In this document: one piece after another, positions 47,641 to 57,986 of the stretch
Position numbering within the stretch: position 1 is the stretch's first letter
Layout: every line of letters begins with the position of its first letter
Origin: Nostoc sp.
GTDB lineage: Bacteria > Cyanobacteriota > Cyanobacteriia > Cyanobacteriales > Nostocaceae
Reading direction: 5' to 3'
NCBI RefSeq assembly: GCF_036917315.1
Contig: NZ_JBALDR010000064.1
Span: 159,311 to 223,310 of the forward strand
DNA length: 64,000 nucleotides
Notes under the pieces: model-generated
The model's input: only the letters and a program-made list of their open reading frames with translations
What the model was told of the DNA's origin: nothing
Databases searched by the model: none
Made by a program: the position numbers and the translations under genes

Positions 47641-48210
47641 TTATTCAAAAACGACATCTTCGTAAAGCGCTGCCATCGTTTCCTCAAAATCCACGCTGTT
47701 GAGTCGAAATGATTGATGCTCTGCTGTGTAGGATTGTAAAACCCATAACCCTTGCTCATTGCGGCGAAAACACTCAACTCGCTGACGTTTTGTATTAATT
47801 AAAACATATTCTTGAAGACTTTCGAGTGTTTGATAATCGGCGAATTTGTCGCCTCGGTCAAAGGCTTCGGTAGAATTAGATAAAACTTCGACAATTAAAC
47901 AGGGAAATCTTTTATAACCTGGTGTTTCTCGATCTCGTCGATCGCAAGTAACCATCACATCGGGATAATAAAAGCGATTCAGAGATTCAATCCTGGCTTT
48001 CATGTCACCGATGTAAACACGACAACCAGAGCCGCGCACATGATTACGGAGGAGAGCAAACAGGTTTCCCGCAATGGTAACGTGTGGATCTAGCGCTCCA
48101 GCCATTGCGTAGATGTAGCCGTCGATATATTCATGCTTGATATCGCTCTGTTCCTCCATTTGGAGATATTCTTCAGCAGTAATATAGTTTTGTTGGGGTG
48201 AGGCTATCAT
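47641..48210 (-). CDS. Uma2 family putative endonuclease
   Basis: KHEYIDG, YYPDVMVTC, VEVLSNSTEAFDRGDKF. Confidence 0.93.
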   Translation of the reverse strand: MIASPQQNYITAEEYLQMEEQSDIKHEYIDGYIYAMAGALDPHVTIAGNLFALLRNHVRGSGCRVYIGDMKARIESLNRFYYPDVMVTCDRRDRETPGYKRFPCLIVEVLSNSTEAFDRGDKFADYQTLESLQEYVLINTKRQRVECFRRNEQGLWVLQSYTAEHQSFRLNSVDFEETMAALYEDVVFE

Positions 48211-48468
48211 AAGTTGAAACTTTAATTCATGAATATAGGCTTCATTCTAGCGATTGCTTACTATCACCATTGCCATTTTTATCCTCTAAGAATAATGGCG
48301 ATCGCACCCTCAAACCGCGATCGCCTTTTCTCTTTGAACGAAAAATTGTCGTTTCAAGCACTTGAAATAATCGAATGTAGAACAAAAAACCTTTTTTGGT
48401 ATGGTGATGCCTAAGAGCCTACTTTATTTCCTTAACCGAGCAATATCGTAACCAGATGAATATCCTCA

Positions 48469-48993
48469 TCAACTATGGATAATGCTATCGAGTTGGAGTT
48501 CAAGATAAATAGTTTTAAATCCGCTCTTGTTTGGGGATTCACCAATTTGGTAAAAACCGCGTTTGAGATAAAGCATTCGGGCTACATAAGAAGAAGAATG
48601 TTCCCAAGTATATAACCGTAAGTACCTTTTTGCTTTTGCTTGTGCTAGGTCGATGGTAAAGTCTAATAGCTCTTTTCCAATTCCTTTTCCCCGAAATTGT
48701 GATGCTACACAAAACCAGCCTAACCAGTCAGCTTCTTGTTCGTCCTCGCTTTTGCAATATAACCCAGTTAGCCCAATTACTTGGAAAGATTTCTCATCGA
48801 TAGCAACCCAGTAATTGAGTTGGGTAATTCCACTGTTTGAAAACCATTGAGCATATTTATCTCGATATAAACTTGCCGCCAACGATGGACTATCACTACT
48901 ATTATTCACGCCTGGGAAAACTTCCTCTCTTAAGTGAATTGCTTGCTCCAGGGTTGCTATCGATAATGATTCAATGTACATAGCACTAGTCAC
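48469..48993 (-). CDS. GNAT acetyltransferase
   Basis: WFCVASQFRGKGIGKELL, LYLKRGF. Confidence 0.9.
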   Translation of the reverse strand: MTSAMYIESLSIATLEQAIHLREEVFPGVNNSSDSPSLAASLYRDKYAQWFSNSGITQLNYWVAIDEKSFQVIGLTGLYCKSEDEQEADWLGWFCVASQFRGKGIGKELLDFTIDLAQAKAKRYLRLYTWEHSSSYVARMLYLKRGFYQIGESPNKSGFKTIYLELQLDSIIHS

Positions 48994-49129
48994 TCAAGCT
49001 TAAAGTAACCATATCTATATCTAGGCTACTATCTCAATTAATCTGTAAATTTTTTGGTGAGCAGGCAGACTTAATGGGAACCATCATTGCTGCCATTCTC
49101 CCTCTTCATCCCGAAGAACTAATTCTACC

Positions 49130-49651
49130 CTAGTTTTCATACCTAATTTGCTTTTCCTCTTTCAGTTTGTTTTTCTTAGTTGGGGATGGCACCAAATCGA
49201 AACGAAATACGAGCAAGTCCTGAATCTGAATGCTGTTTTCGTAGCTTGGTTGAGGTAAATACCAAAAGTAGTCCTGGCGCACACAATCCATGCGAAATCC
49301 GCACTTTTGATAAAAAACAATGTTGGCGATACTTGAATTAGACGTGCCGACGAGTATCTGTCTCTTGCCGCGTTGCCTCGCCTCTTGAATCAACCAAGCA
49401 ACGAACTCTTTACCTAATCCCTGCCTTTGAAAGTCAGGGGCTATACCAAGTTCCATAATTTCGCAGGGATCGCTGCGCCATTTCATCGTTGCTGCACCAA
49501 CCAAGTGTTCGCTGTCGTCCATGCGATATACAGCATCGACGAGGTTAGCAAGCCCCCATCGCAGCGCACGCTCCGATTGTTCTGCCAACAGTAGTATTGG
49601 AATCAGCGCTTCAAGTTCATCGTCACGAGCTTGTCGAATAGCGATCGCCAT
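49130..49651 (-). CDS. GNAT acetyltransferase (YvbK-like)
   Basis: LGIAPDFQRQGLGK, VGTSNSS, FYQKCGFR. Confidence 0.9.
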   Translation of the reverse strand: MAIAIRQARDDELEALIPILLLAEQSERALRWGLANLVDAVYRMDDSEHLVGAATMKWRSDPCEIMELGIAPDFQRQGLGKEFVAWLIQEARQRGKRQILVGTSNSSIANIVFYQKCGFRMDCVRQDYFWYLPQPSYENSIQIQDLLVFRFDLVPSPTKKNKLKEEKQIRYEN

Positions 49652-49750
49652 TCACATTCCCCTTTTATCACAATTTATTTAGGACTTACGCAACTGGCAC
49701 CAAGTGATAGTGGCAGTTGCATAAGTCCTATTATAAAAGTGAAATATTTT

Positions 49751-50140
49751 CTATCTGCTTACTCTGGAAGGTTCAACCCACTTATCCCAAGAGCTATCGT
49801 AGCCATCATAAGTAATTTTATAAAGATCGTTACTAACTTCTAAAACCTGTCCTGGATACCATTTTCCTTTCCACAAAATTCTCACTGCATCTCCAGTTTT
49901 AAATGATGCTCGGAAGCGTCCAGTGCCAACCCATTCATTCCAGGAACTGCTGTAACCATCGTAAGTAATATAGCACCTCTCATCATTAACCTTAAGTACC
50001 GTTGCTGGATACCATCTTTTCTTCCAAAAAACCTCAGCCTTTTGTCCCACAGAACAGGGGGAAGCAGCAAAAGCGCTAGGAATTAATGTTCCTACCCAAG
50101 TTGCCATAAAGATGGCACCAAACAATACTTTGTTTTTCAT
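49751..50140 (-). CDS. Secreted protein with two Tudor/Agenet-like repeats
   Basis: Signal peptide (SAFA); WKKRWYPATVL...ITYDGYSSSWNEWV and WKGKWYPGQVL...ITYDGYDSSWDKWV. Confidence 0.8.
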   Translation of the reverse strand: MKNKVLFGAIFMATWVGTLIPSAFAASPCSVGQKAEVFWKKRWYPATVLKVNDERCYITYDGYSSSWNEWVGTGRFRASFKTGDAVRILWKGKWYPGQVLEVSNDLYKITYDGYDSSWDKWVEPSRVSR

Positions 50141-50465
50141 CGTTTTTTCTCTCCTCAAACAGTAAAACCGAATTTTGATGATGATTTCTGGAAATCTACT
50201 TCAAAATTTGCAACTAACTGTTACTATTTTCGGGGAATTTATTTAGCGATCGCCTCAGCAAAAATTAGGAATTTCTGCCGCCAAATGTGAAGATAGCACC
50301 ACAGGATTCCGCATTTAAAAATAACAGTAGTTACTGATTTTACGAATTTGACATCAATGTATGGTAGTGCTTATACCAAAGCTGAATTTCATATATTATT
50401 CATTAGATATCTTGCAAAATTCCCTACCTAACACCTCACTCCTTAATCCCCTCCCCTTACCAAGG

Positions 50466-50619
50466 CTACGGTGTACACACAAGTCGAATTACCCCCCTTA
50501 ATCCCCCCTTATAAAGGGGGGAAACAAGAAATCTAGTACCCTCCCCTTTCTAAGGGGAGGGTTAGGGTGGGGTAAAACCTTAGTTAATCAGCTATTTCAG
50601 ACTTGTGTGTACATCTTAG
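50466..50619. mobile_element. MITE with CTACGGTGTACACACAAGTC ends
   Basis: ctacggtgtacacacaagtc ... gacttgtgtgtacatcttag; flanks cttaccaagg/ctttagtagg only partly match. Confidence 0.8.
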
Positions 50620-50652
50620 CTTTAGTAGGGTGGGGTTGTTATTGTCTATTTT

Positions 50653-51600
50653 TTAATTCCCCTTTCTAAATCTAATTTCATAAAGTCCGAGCAAACCTGC
50701 TGCTACTAACAAAGGTAAGAAATAATAGACTCCACGATAAGCTAACATTGAACCCAAAACTGCCGCCGCCGAAACTTTTGAGGAGAGAATCAGCAAAATT
50801 ATAGTTTCAAATACTCCCAAACCACCGGGAACATTACTGACAACGCCTGCAAACATCGCTAGTAAATAAATACCCAAAAAGTCTAGATATGACAAAGATA
50901 TATTGCTAGGAAGTAAAACATAAAGAACTGCTGCCGCCAGAATCCAGTCAAAACTAGAAATTGCTATTTGAGCCAGGGATATTTTCAAAGAAGGAAATCG
51001 AAATTCATGTCCACGAATTATTAATGGTTGTTTAATAAAAATACTTCCTAGTAAATAAACCGCAACTAATAGCAGAAAAATTACGCCAATGGGACGCACA
51101 GTAGCAAAAGGTAAATGTAATTGAGTAGGAATCTTGAGGGGATTGATGAGGAACAAGAAACCTGCAACGGCAAACATCCCCAACCAAAAGGTAAAATTGG
51201 CGAAAGCAATGACTTGAGCGATCGCAACTGCTGACGCTCCCCAACTAGCATAAAATCGATAACGGATAGCACTACCAGTTAGCAAGGCAAAACCGATGGT
51301 ATTACTAAATGCAGAGCTAATAAAGTTAGTGAAAGCGATCTTATTCCAGCTTAGGGAGCGATTAATGTAGTTAAAACCTAAGATATCGTACCCAATCATC
51401 ACTAGATAGCCCAAAGCTGTCAGCCAAATTGCCCAACTTACGCGACTTTTGGGAATAGCAGCTAGAGAGTTGAGGATATCACGATAATTATACTGACGTA
51501 ACTCGTTTGCGATCGCCCACAGGGAAAGCAGCAGCAGCAACAAGCCAAACAAAGAACTGAAATTGAGTCGCAGCTTTTTAAGCATCATCAAGAAACTCAT
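50653..51600 (-). CDS. MprF N-terminal-like membrane domain (lysylphosphatidylglycerol synthase TM / flippase)
   Basis: Multi-TM; GFALLTGSAIRYRFY, VSNVPGGLGVFE, LAYRGVYYFLP. Confidence 0.85.
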   Translation of the reverse strand: MSFLMMLKKLRLNFSSLFGLLLLLLSLWAIANELRQYNYRDILNSLAAIPKSRVSWAIWLTALGYLVMIGYDILGFNYINRSLSWNKIAFTNFISSAFSNTIGFALLTGSAIRYRFYASWGASAVAIAQVIAFANFTFWLGMFAVAGFLFLINPLKIPTQLHLPFATVRPIGVIFLLLVAVYLLGSIFIKQPLIIRGHEFRFPSLKISLAQIAISSFDWILAAAVLYVLLPSNISLSYLDFLGIYLLAMFAGVVSNVPGGLGVFETIILLILSSKVSAAAVLGSMLAYRGVYYFLPLLVAAGLLGLYEIRFRKGN

Positions 51601-51732
51601 CCTAACTCTTGACTTTTAATTTACAACCAGTCGTAAAGTTTCCATCTTGTTGACACAGCGTTGACATACCGTTTGCATAAGCTTTTGAAGGCAAGCAACG
51701 ATTAACTACCCCATGCCCAATGCCTTTCAAAG

Positions 51733-52695
51733 ATGAACTACAAACAATCTAAAATTCTCTTGCTATTTTCAGTATTAACCCTAGTTGGCTGTAATTTCTC
51801 CCAAGGTGTCGTCGCAAAACCACCGCAACAGCAGGATTTACAAACAAAGCCTTCCATTCTTCCAACCCAGCCGAATACTAGCAACTCAGCGACTCTCCTA
51901 ACCTATAAAATTGAAACTTACGATAGTCAAGCAATGGGTGCAAGTCGCACTTATGGCGTTTCTTTACCTCCTGGCTATGAGCAAAACCCAAAACAAAGGT
52001 ATTCTGTAATCTTTCTCCTCCACGGTGGACATGGTAATCCCAGTGATTGGTTTATTCAGAATAAGGGACAAGCTCTCAAGACTGTAGAACAACTTTATAC
52101 TACAGGTAAGTTGCCACCCAGCATCATCATTACACCAGATGGCAACGACAAACGCGGCTCTAGTCCCTACCGAGATCCCGAATATATCGATGGCCCTAAC
52201 GGTAAAGTCTCTACAGCCGTAGGCGATGAGTTAGTAAAAGTTGTGCAAAGCCGTTATCGTACAATAAATAATCCAGATTTTTGGGCGATAGGTGGTTTAT
52301 CTTCTGGTGGTTGGGGAGCAATGAATGTGGGATTACACAATTTGGATCGTTTCTCGATTTTATTTAGTCATAGTGGTTATTTTAATGATAAAAGTGGCCC
52401 AGCGAATAGCCCAATATTTTATATTAAAACCATTCCCAGACAAGCTCAAAAAAGGTTGAAAATTTATCTAGATTCGGGTACATCAGATATTGATGAAATC
52501 AGGGAAGCAGAGCGATTTAGCAAAGTCCTAAATCAACTGAAAATTTATAATTCATTTCGTGAGTTTCCTGGCAGTCATACTTGGCAATACTGGCGGAAAC
52601 ATTTAGCAAATTCATTGACATTTGTCGGCGAACAATTTCGAGCTTCTGAAACAGCAAATATGGCTGATAATTTAAATATTAATCAAAAAAAGTAA
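51733..52695 (+). CDS. Putative esterase (alpha/beta hydrolase), predicted lipoprotein
   Basis: LVGC lipobox; VSLPPGY, FLLHGG, GGLSSGG, YLDSG, GSHTWQYW. Confidence 0.88.
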   Translation: MNYKQSKILLLFSVLTLVGCNFSQGVVAKPPQQQDLQTKPSILPTQPNTSNSATLLTYKIETYDSQAMGASRTYGVSLPPGYEQNPKQRYSVIFLLHGGHGNPSDWFIQNKGQALKTVEQLYTTGKLPPSIIITPDGNDKRGSSPYRDPEYIDGPNGKVSTAVGDELVKVVQSRYRTINNPDFWAIGGLSSGGWGAMNVGLHNLDRFSILFSHSGYFNDKSGPANSPIFYIKTIPRQAQKRLKIYLDSGTSDIDEIREAERFSKVLNQLKIYNSFREFPGSHTWQYWRKHLANSLTFVGEQFRASETANMADNLNINQKK

Positions 52696-52845
52696 TTAAA
52701 ATAATTAAAAATCCCTGTGATCGATAATACTACTTTGCAAAACCGTTGATATTTAAACATTAATGTGAAAAACTCTACTGCAATTTCTCAGCAGATTAAT
52801 TATAGTAAGTTCTAAGGGAGGTGATTTTTTTAGCTGTAAAAGAAT

Positions 52846-53754
52846 ATGAAGATTTATAAATCGTTAATTAGCTTAGTAGGAGCGATCGCACTTCTTACTA
52901 CTGCTGGTTATTATTATGTATTCATCTTAGGTGCGCCACAACTAGACCCACCCAAAAAAGAGGCAAATACTGGGCTAAAGTTTCAATTAGCAACCTTCAA
53001 CTCCCAAGCGATGGGTGCAGTCCGTAACTACGGCGTGATTTTGCCGCCTGACTATAGCAAAAATCCCCAAAAGCGCTACCCTGTGATATTCTTACTACAT
53101 GGTGGTCACGATGATGCTCGTGCCTATGCTAATAAATATGCACTCTTAGACGTGTTGCATGAACTTTATCAAAGTGGAAAATTACCGCCATCGATTGTGA
53201 TTACACCTGATGGTAATGATAATCGCGGTTCTAGTCCTTTATACGACCCCGATTACTTTGATGGGCCGAATGGCAAAGTGGGAACTTTGATTGGTTCAGA
53301 ATTAGTACAAGTTGTCAAGTCGCGCTACCGCACTTTGAAAGAACCCCAATTTTGGGCGCTAGGAGGTCTATCTTCTGGAGGATGGGGGGCATTTAATATC
53401 GGATTACGCTATCTCAACAACTTTCAGATTTTGTTTAGCCATAGCGGTTACTTTACTGATGACAGCGGTTCACAAAATAGTCCTCAACAAATTGTGCAAC
53501 AGCTAACCGTTCAAGATAGGAAGCGATTGCGTGTTTACCTAGATGCGGGTGTAAACGATACTAATTTGCTAGCTTCTACCAAAGCCTTCAACGAAACCTT
53601 AAATAAATTAGGCATTGCTCACGTGTTTTATGCATTTCCTGGAGGTCATGGTTTGTCTGGTGCTAATGTAGGCTGGAACTACTTCCACAAACATCTTAAA
53701 GATTCACTCTCGTATGTAGGGGAACAGTTTAAAAAGTTAGAAATTAGGAGTTAA
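52846..53754 (+). CDS. Putative esterase (alpha/beta hydrolase), membrane-anchored paralog
   Basis: N-terminal TM; LPPDY, FLLHGG, GGLSSGG, YLDAG, GGHG. Confidence 0.88.
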   Translation: MKIYKSLISLVGAIALLTTAGYYYVFILGAPQLDPPKKEANTGLKFQLATFNSQAMGAVRNYGVILPPDYSKNPQKRYPVIFLLHGGHDDARAYANKYALLDVLHELYQSGKLPPSIVITPDGNDNRGSSPLYDPDYFDGPNGKVGTLIGSELVQVVKSRYRTLKEPQFWALGGLSSGGWGAFNIGLRYLNNFQILFSHSGYFTDDSGSQNSPQQIVQQLTVQDRKRLRVYLDAGVNDTNLLASTKAFNETLNKLGIAHVFYAFPGGHGLSGANVGWNYFHKHLKDSLSYVGEQFKKLEIRS

Positions 53755-53812
53755 GAGTTAAAAATTGAAAACTCCTAACTCCTAACTTTTTACTCCTAAC
53801 TACTAACAAAAA

Positions 53813-55483
53813 ATGACAAATAATTTAAAAACTAAGATTGGACTTTGGAGTGCAGTTTTTCTAACAGGTTTAGTCGGAATAGTAAATTTATTATCAGCAG
53901 TGACACCTAACCTGTATGGGCGGACTCACTGGTTAAAGGAATTTTTACCATTTGAAATTCGCGCTAGCGGTCATATATTCTCAGCATTGACTGGGTTTGT
54001 TTTATTAACACTTGCTACTAATTTATTACGCCGGAAAAGAATAGCCTGGTTACTAACCATTGCTTTACTAGTAATTTCCATTTGCAGCCACTTACTGAAG
54101 GGACTGGACTATGAAGAAAGTCTACTCTCTGGAGTTTTGCTAGTGCAATTAATTTGGATGCGCCATTTTTTCACGGCGCAATCAGACCGTCCTTCCATTG
54201 CACGGGGAGTTAGAGTGCTGATAGGCGCTTTACTATTTACCCTGGCATACGGAACTATTGGATTTTACTTGTTAGATGGGAAGTTTTCAGAGAATTTTAA
54301 TTGGCGTGAAGCGATAGTTCAGACTTTGGCGATGTTCTTCACCGAGGATAATTGGGGACTGCAACCAAAGAGTCGATTTGGAGAATTTTTTGCTAATTCT
54401 ATCTATATTATCGCCGCAGGTACTATTACTTATGCAATAGTAATGCTGTTGCAACCTGTGTTTTGGCGCAATCTAGCAACTACAAACGAGCAACGAAGAG
54501 TTAAAGAAATTGTCGAACAATATGGATGTTCTTCTTTAGCAGCACTTACACTCTTAAATGATAAAAGTTATTATTTCAGTCCTTCGGGTAATAGTGTAAT
54601 TGCTTATGTTCCCAAAGGACGGGGCGCGATCGCATTAGGAGATCCCATCGGCCCGATTGAAGACCGTAAAGAGACAATTATTGCTTTCCAGCAGTTTTGT
54701 CAGCGTAATGACTGGTATCCTGGCTTTTACCAAACTATGCCCGATGATGTTGAGCTTTACAAATCATTGGGGTTTAAGGTACTCAAGATTGGAGAGGAAG
54801 CGATCGTTGACTTAAAAAGTTTTACCTTACAAGGTAAAGCCGGTAAAAACTTTAGACCATCAATCAGTCGTTTAACTAAGCTAGGATACCAAATCGACTT
54901 TTACCAACCACCCATCGCCAATGATTTATTGCACCGACTCAAATCTGTAAGTGATGAATGGTTGAAAATGGTACAAGGTTCAGAAAAACAATTTTCTTTG
55001 GGTTGGTTTGACGAAGCTTACCTGCGAGAGTGCGAGATTGCTGTGGTGCATAATCCTGAAGGTCAGATCAGCGCCTTTGCCAACATTATCCGGGAGTACC
55101 AACTTAACGAAGCGACTATTGACATGATGCGACATCGCTCGTCTCTTGAAAATGGCACAATGGACTTTCTATTTATTTCCCTGCTCCAGCATTTTAAAGA
55201 GGGTGGCTACGACAGCTTTAATTTCGGGCTTTCTGCGCTTGCTGGAGTTGGAGACAACCCCGAATCACGCCGCTTGGAGAAAGTATTGCACTATCTTTAC
55301 GAGCATTTGAATCGTTTCTACAACTTCAAGGGACTGCACGCCTACAAAGACAAGTTCCGCCCCCGTTGGGAACCGCGTTACTTGGTTTACCCCAGTTTAG
55401 CCACCTTACCAGATGTAGTTGTAGCATTGATTCGCGCAGATTCAGGCGATCGCCTCTTCGATTATTTCAAACCCGGAGCCTAA
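53813..55483 (+). CDS. MprF C-terminal-like aminoacyl-phosphatidylglycerol synthase (DUF2156 / LPG_synthase_C)
   Basis: TM region then DKSYYFS, IALGDPIG, KIGEEA, IDMMR, FNFGLSAL, YNFKGLHAYKDKFRPRWEPRYL. Confidence 0.9.
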   Translation: MTNNLKTKIGLWSAVFLTGLVGIVNLLSAVTPNLYGRTHWLKEFLPFEIRASGHIFSALTGFVLLTLATNLLRRKRIAWLLTIALLVISICSHLLKGLDYEESLLSGVLLVQLIWMRHFFTAQSDRPSIARGVRVLIGALLFTLAYGTIGFYLLDGKFSENFNWREAIVQTLAMFFTEDNWGLQPKSRFGEFFANSIYIIAAGTITYAIVMLLQPVFWRNLATTNEQRRVKEIVEQYGCSSLAALTLLNDKSYYFSPSGNSVIAYVPKGRGAIALGDPIGPIEDRKETIIAFQQFCQRNDWYPGFYQTMPDDVELYKSLGFKVLKIGEEAIVDLKSFTLQGKAGKNFRPSISRLTKLGYQIDFYQPPIANDLLHRLKSVSDEWLKMVQGSEKQFSLGWFDEAYLRECEIAVVHNPEGQISAFANIIREYQLNEATIDMMRHRSSLENGTMDFLFISLLQHFKEGGYDSFNFGLSALAGVGDNPESRRLEKVLHYLYEHLNRFYNFKGLHAYKDKFRPRWEPRYLVYPSLATLPDVVVALIRADSGDRLFDYFKPGA

Positions 55484-55573
55484 ATCTAGACTCAAAACAA
55501 AGTCACTCAAGGGTGCAAAGTTTAGAAAGCATATATGACGTTATTCAGCAACACCATAACACCTCATTGCACA

Positions 55574-55602
55574 GCGATATCTACCAGGGGCTACGCCTAC
55601 AC
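55574..55602 (+). mobile_element. 21-nt small dispersed repeat in a decayed HIP1 site
   Basis: GCGAT[ATCTACCAGGGGCTACGCCTA]CAC. Confidence 0.75.
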
Positions 55603-55868
55603 AACTTGCCCTTTATATGATACAATTGTACTATAAGTTTACAAGGCTGTTCTTCGCGTTGCCTAAGTTCGTAATGAATAAACTCAAACAAACTTTGCGC
55701 TCCTCTGCGCTATACTTTGCGCCCCTTTGCGTTTAAACTCAAACCCTCAATTGTCCACGAACTTACCATTAAATTTTGCACGGTAAGAACAGTTTATTTT
55801 GGAATATTAATAAACTTCAATAACCGTGGCTTTAAAAGATTCTTGACCTTTATCTGGAAGGTGGCAAT

Positions 55869-57260
55869 ATGACAAAGAATCAGATTTCGTTAGTAGAACT
55901 AATCCAAATTTTTGCAGAATATCGCAACAATATTATCGTCAATATTAAACAACTGCAAGAAGATTATCAAAGAACAGGTGTTAAGCGTATTAGAGGTGTA
56001 AGAAACGAAAATGGAGAACTGTTACAACCTTGGTTAACAACAGAACATATAGATAATGCTAAGTATGTTGATATGGGCGATTTTCAGTTTAGCCGCAACA
56101 CGGCTACTATCAATATGCTTGTAAAACGTAGAGTTAAACTTGCCAAACTTGAAGACCAAACTCCTACTATTGAAGTAGCAGGTTTGTTAGTCAATGACCT
56201 CAACACCTTTAATAATTACACGATTGTAAGTGACGGCAAAATCAACGTAAAGTCATTACTAGTAAAAATTAGCAATAAAAAAGCCTTTGATTTACTCAAA
56301 CAAAAAGGCATACTGGACGCAGAAGAATTTGACTTTCGGGCAGAATATACGATTCAGTTAGATAACTTGCCACTTGTCGCTGCTAATAGTCGTTACAGCA
56401 GTATTGATAGACTATTCAATGAACTAGCAGAAATTAAAGTACTGACTAGTATTATTTCTGCTCACTTAAAAAAGGAATCAGATGTATTTATCGAGGCACA
56501 GTTAGATGAATTTAAAAAGCACTATCTGTCTAAGAATACTTACATCAACTTTCCTACAACCAATGAATACACTGATATCAGCGAAGCTTTAGCTAATGGT
56601 ACTATTGAATCAAAATTGAGTTATAAAATCGATATCGGCAGTCAAGATATTCTGAACTTGAGTAAGTTACCTTCTGCTAACAAGTTTCTCAATAGAATGT
56701 ATCGTCTTTATGACAAAGAAACTGGAGAAATTATCATTAAACCGAGTTTCGAGATGGCATTTAATCAGAATCTCGCTGTGAGGCACAGATTGCTGTCATC
56801 ACGTACCAAGATTACAAAAGTTGATGAATTGATGAAACCAATTTTTGATGATTTTCTTGGGCTTGAGCAAAATGGTATTGTTGGAGATATTCTTCAGAAA
56901 GTTGGTGCTGATAGTTTGGCGCAGTTCTTGCAGGATAAACAAACTGGTAAGCAGATAAACAAAGAAGAAATGGTTGCAGCTTTAACAGTGGCAAATAAAA
57001 AGTTAGAACAATATGCAGAAAATATCTACCAAGATAAAATATCTCCCTTAGTATTTTACATTGGTTCTACTGGACTATTGCCAGATCAAATGGAAGCCAA
57101 AGCCATGACTGCTGATGAAGCTGCTGCTAAATACCCAAATTTGCAATTTTCTAAAGATGAGCAAGAAGGTAGTTTTTTTGCAGTTGGTGATAGTATTCTC
57201 AGCATTTATAGCAAGACTGAATATTACAGCAAAAAGGTAACTACCCTAAATCATTTGTGA
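55869..57260 (+). CDS. Hypothetical protein (463 aa)
   Basis: Long ORF with GAAGG upstream and a hairpin downstream; no motif recognised. Confidence 0.8.
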   Translation: MTKNQISLVELIQIFAEYRNNIIVNIKQLQEDYQRTGVKRIRGVRNENGELLQPWLTTEHIDNAKYVDMGDFQFSRNTATINMLVKRRVKLAKLEDQTPTIEVAGLLVNDLNTFNNYTIVSDGKINVKSLLVKISNKKAFDLLKQKGILDAEEFDFRAEYTIQLDNLPLVAANSRYSSIDRLFNELAEIKVLTSIISAHLKKESDVFIEAQLDEFKKHYLSKNTYINFPTTNEYTDISEALANGTIESKLSYKIDIGSQDILNLSKLPSANKFLNRMYRLYDKETGEIIIKPSFEMAFNQNLAVRHRLLSSRTKITKVDELMKPIFDDFLGLEQNGIVGDILQKVGADSLAQFLQDKQTGKQINKEEMVAALTVANKKLEQYAENIYQDKISPLVFYIGSTGLLPDQMEAKAMTADEAAAKYPNLQFSKDEQEGSFFAVGDSILSIYSKTEYYSKKVTTLNHL

Positions 57261-57362
57261 GCCAAAAAATCCCCGATTTCTTTGAGAAGTCGGGGTTATA
57301 TGGGTTAGAATTATCACAAATCAAATAGGACTACTATATATATATAAATAATCCATTATTGC

Positions 57363-57986
57363 TTAAAAATCTGCTGACTCTTCCCCAAGCAATGACTGTA
57401 TAACTAAATCAGCAATGCTAGCCAGTCCCATCCCAAATTCTGGAATTATGAATATAAGCATCATTGCAAAGAGTCCGAATTGGGTATATTGCAATGGCTT
57501 TAGCTTAGGAAAAATTTCGCTGAAAACATGAAATCCATCAAGTGGTGGAATTGGCAAGAGATTAAACAAAAATAATGTCAAATTAATCCGAGCTGCTAAG
57601 TAAAAAAAATCTTCACTCAAAAGTCCTGAAAGACTGAGATTAGAAAGAAATTTCAGCACCATAATAAATAGAACGCCTAAAGCCAGATTTGATAATGGCC
57701 CAGCTGCTGATACCAAAATATTGCCTAGCTTACCAGAGCGAAACTTAGATGGGTTGACGGGCATTTGTCCCCAAGCTATACCCATAAGACAGAGAAAAAT
57801 GATTGATTCTTTGCCCATGTGAACTACAGGATTCAGCGTCAGATGACCAGTCTGTTGTGGAGTGTTATCTCCCTGACTCATCGCAGCCCAGCCGTGAGCA
57901 AGTTCATGCAAAGTGATCGAAAAGATGACAATGGCAACGATTCTAAAAAAATGAATCGGCTCTGTGATGAGTGTTTCGATAAACAT
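57363..57986 (-). CDS. Site-2 protease (M50) family
   Basis: LHELAHG, SAAGPLSN, NLLPIPPLDG. Confidence 0.93.
   Translation of the reverse strand: MFIETLITEPIHFFRIVAIVIFSITLHELAHGWAAMSQGDNTPQQTGHLTLNPVVHMGKESIIFLCLMGIAWGQMPVNPSKFRSGKLGNILVSAAGPLSNLALGVLFIMVLKFLSNLSLSGLLSEDFFYLAARINLTLFLFNLLPIPPLDGFHVFSEIFPKLKPLQYTQFGLFAMMLIFIIPEFGMGLASIADLVIQSLLGEESADF

Noticed and set aside
18097-48210. The two Uma2 genes as part of the R-M or a defence system
   Set aside because: Uma2 paralogs are abundant and dispersed in cyanobacteria; neither is adjacent to the R-M cassette
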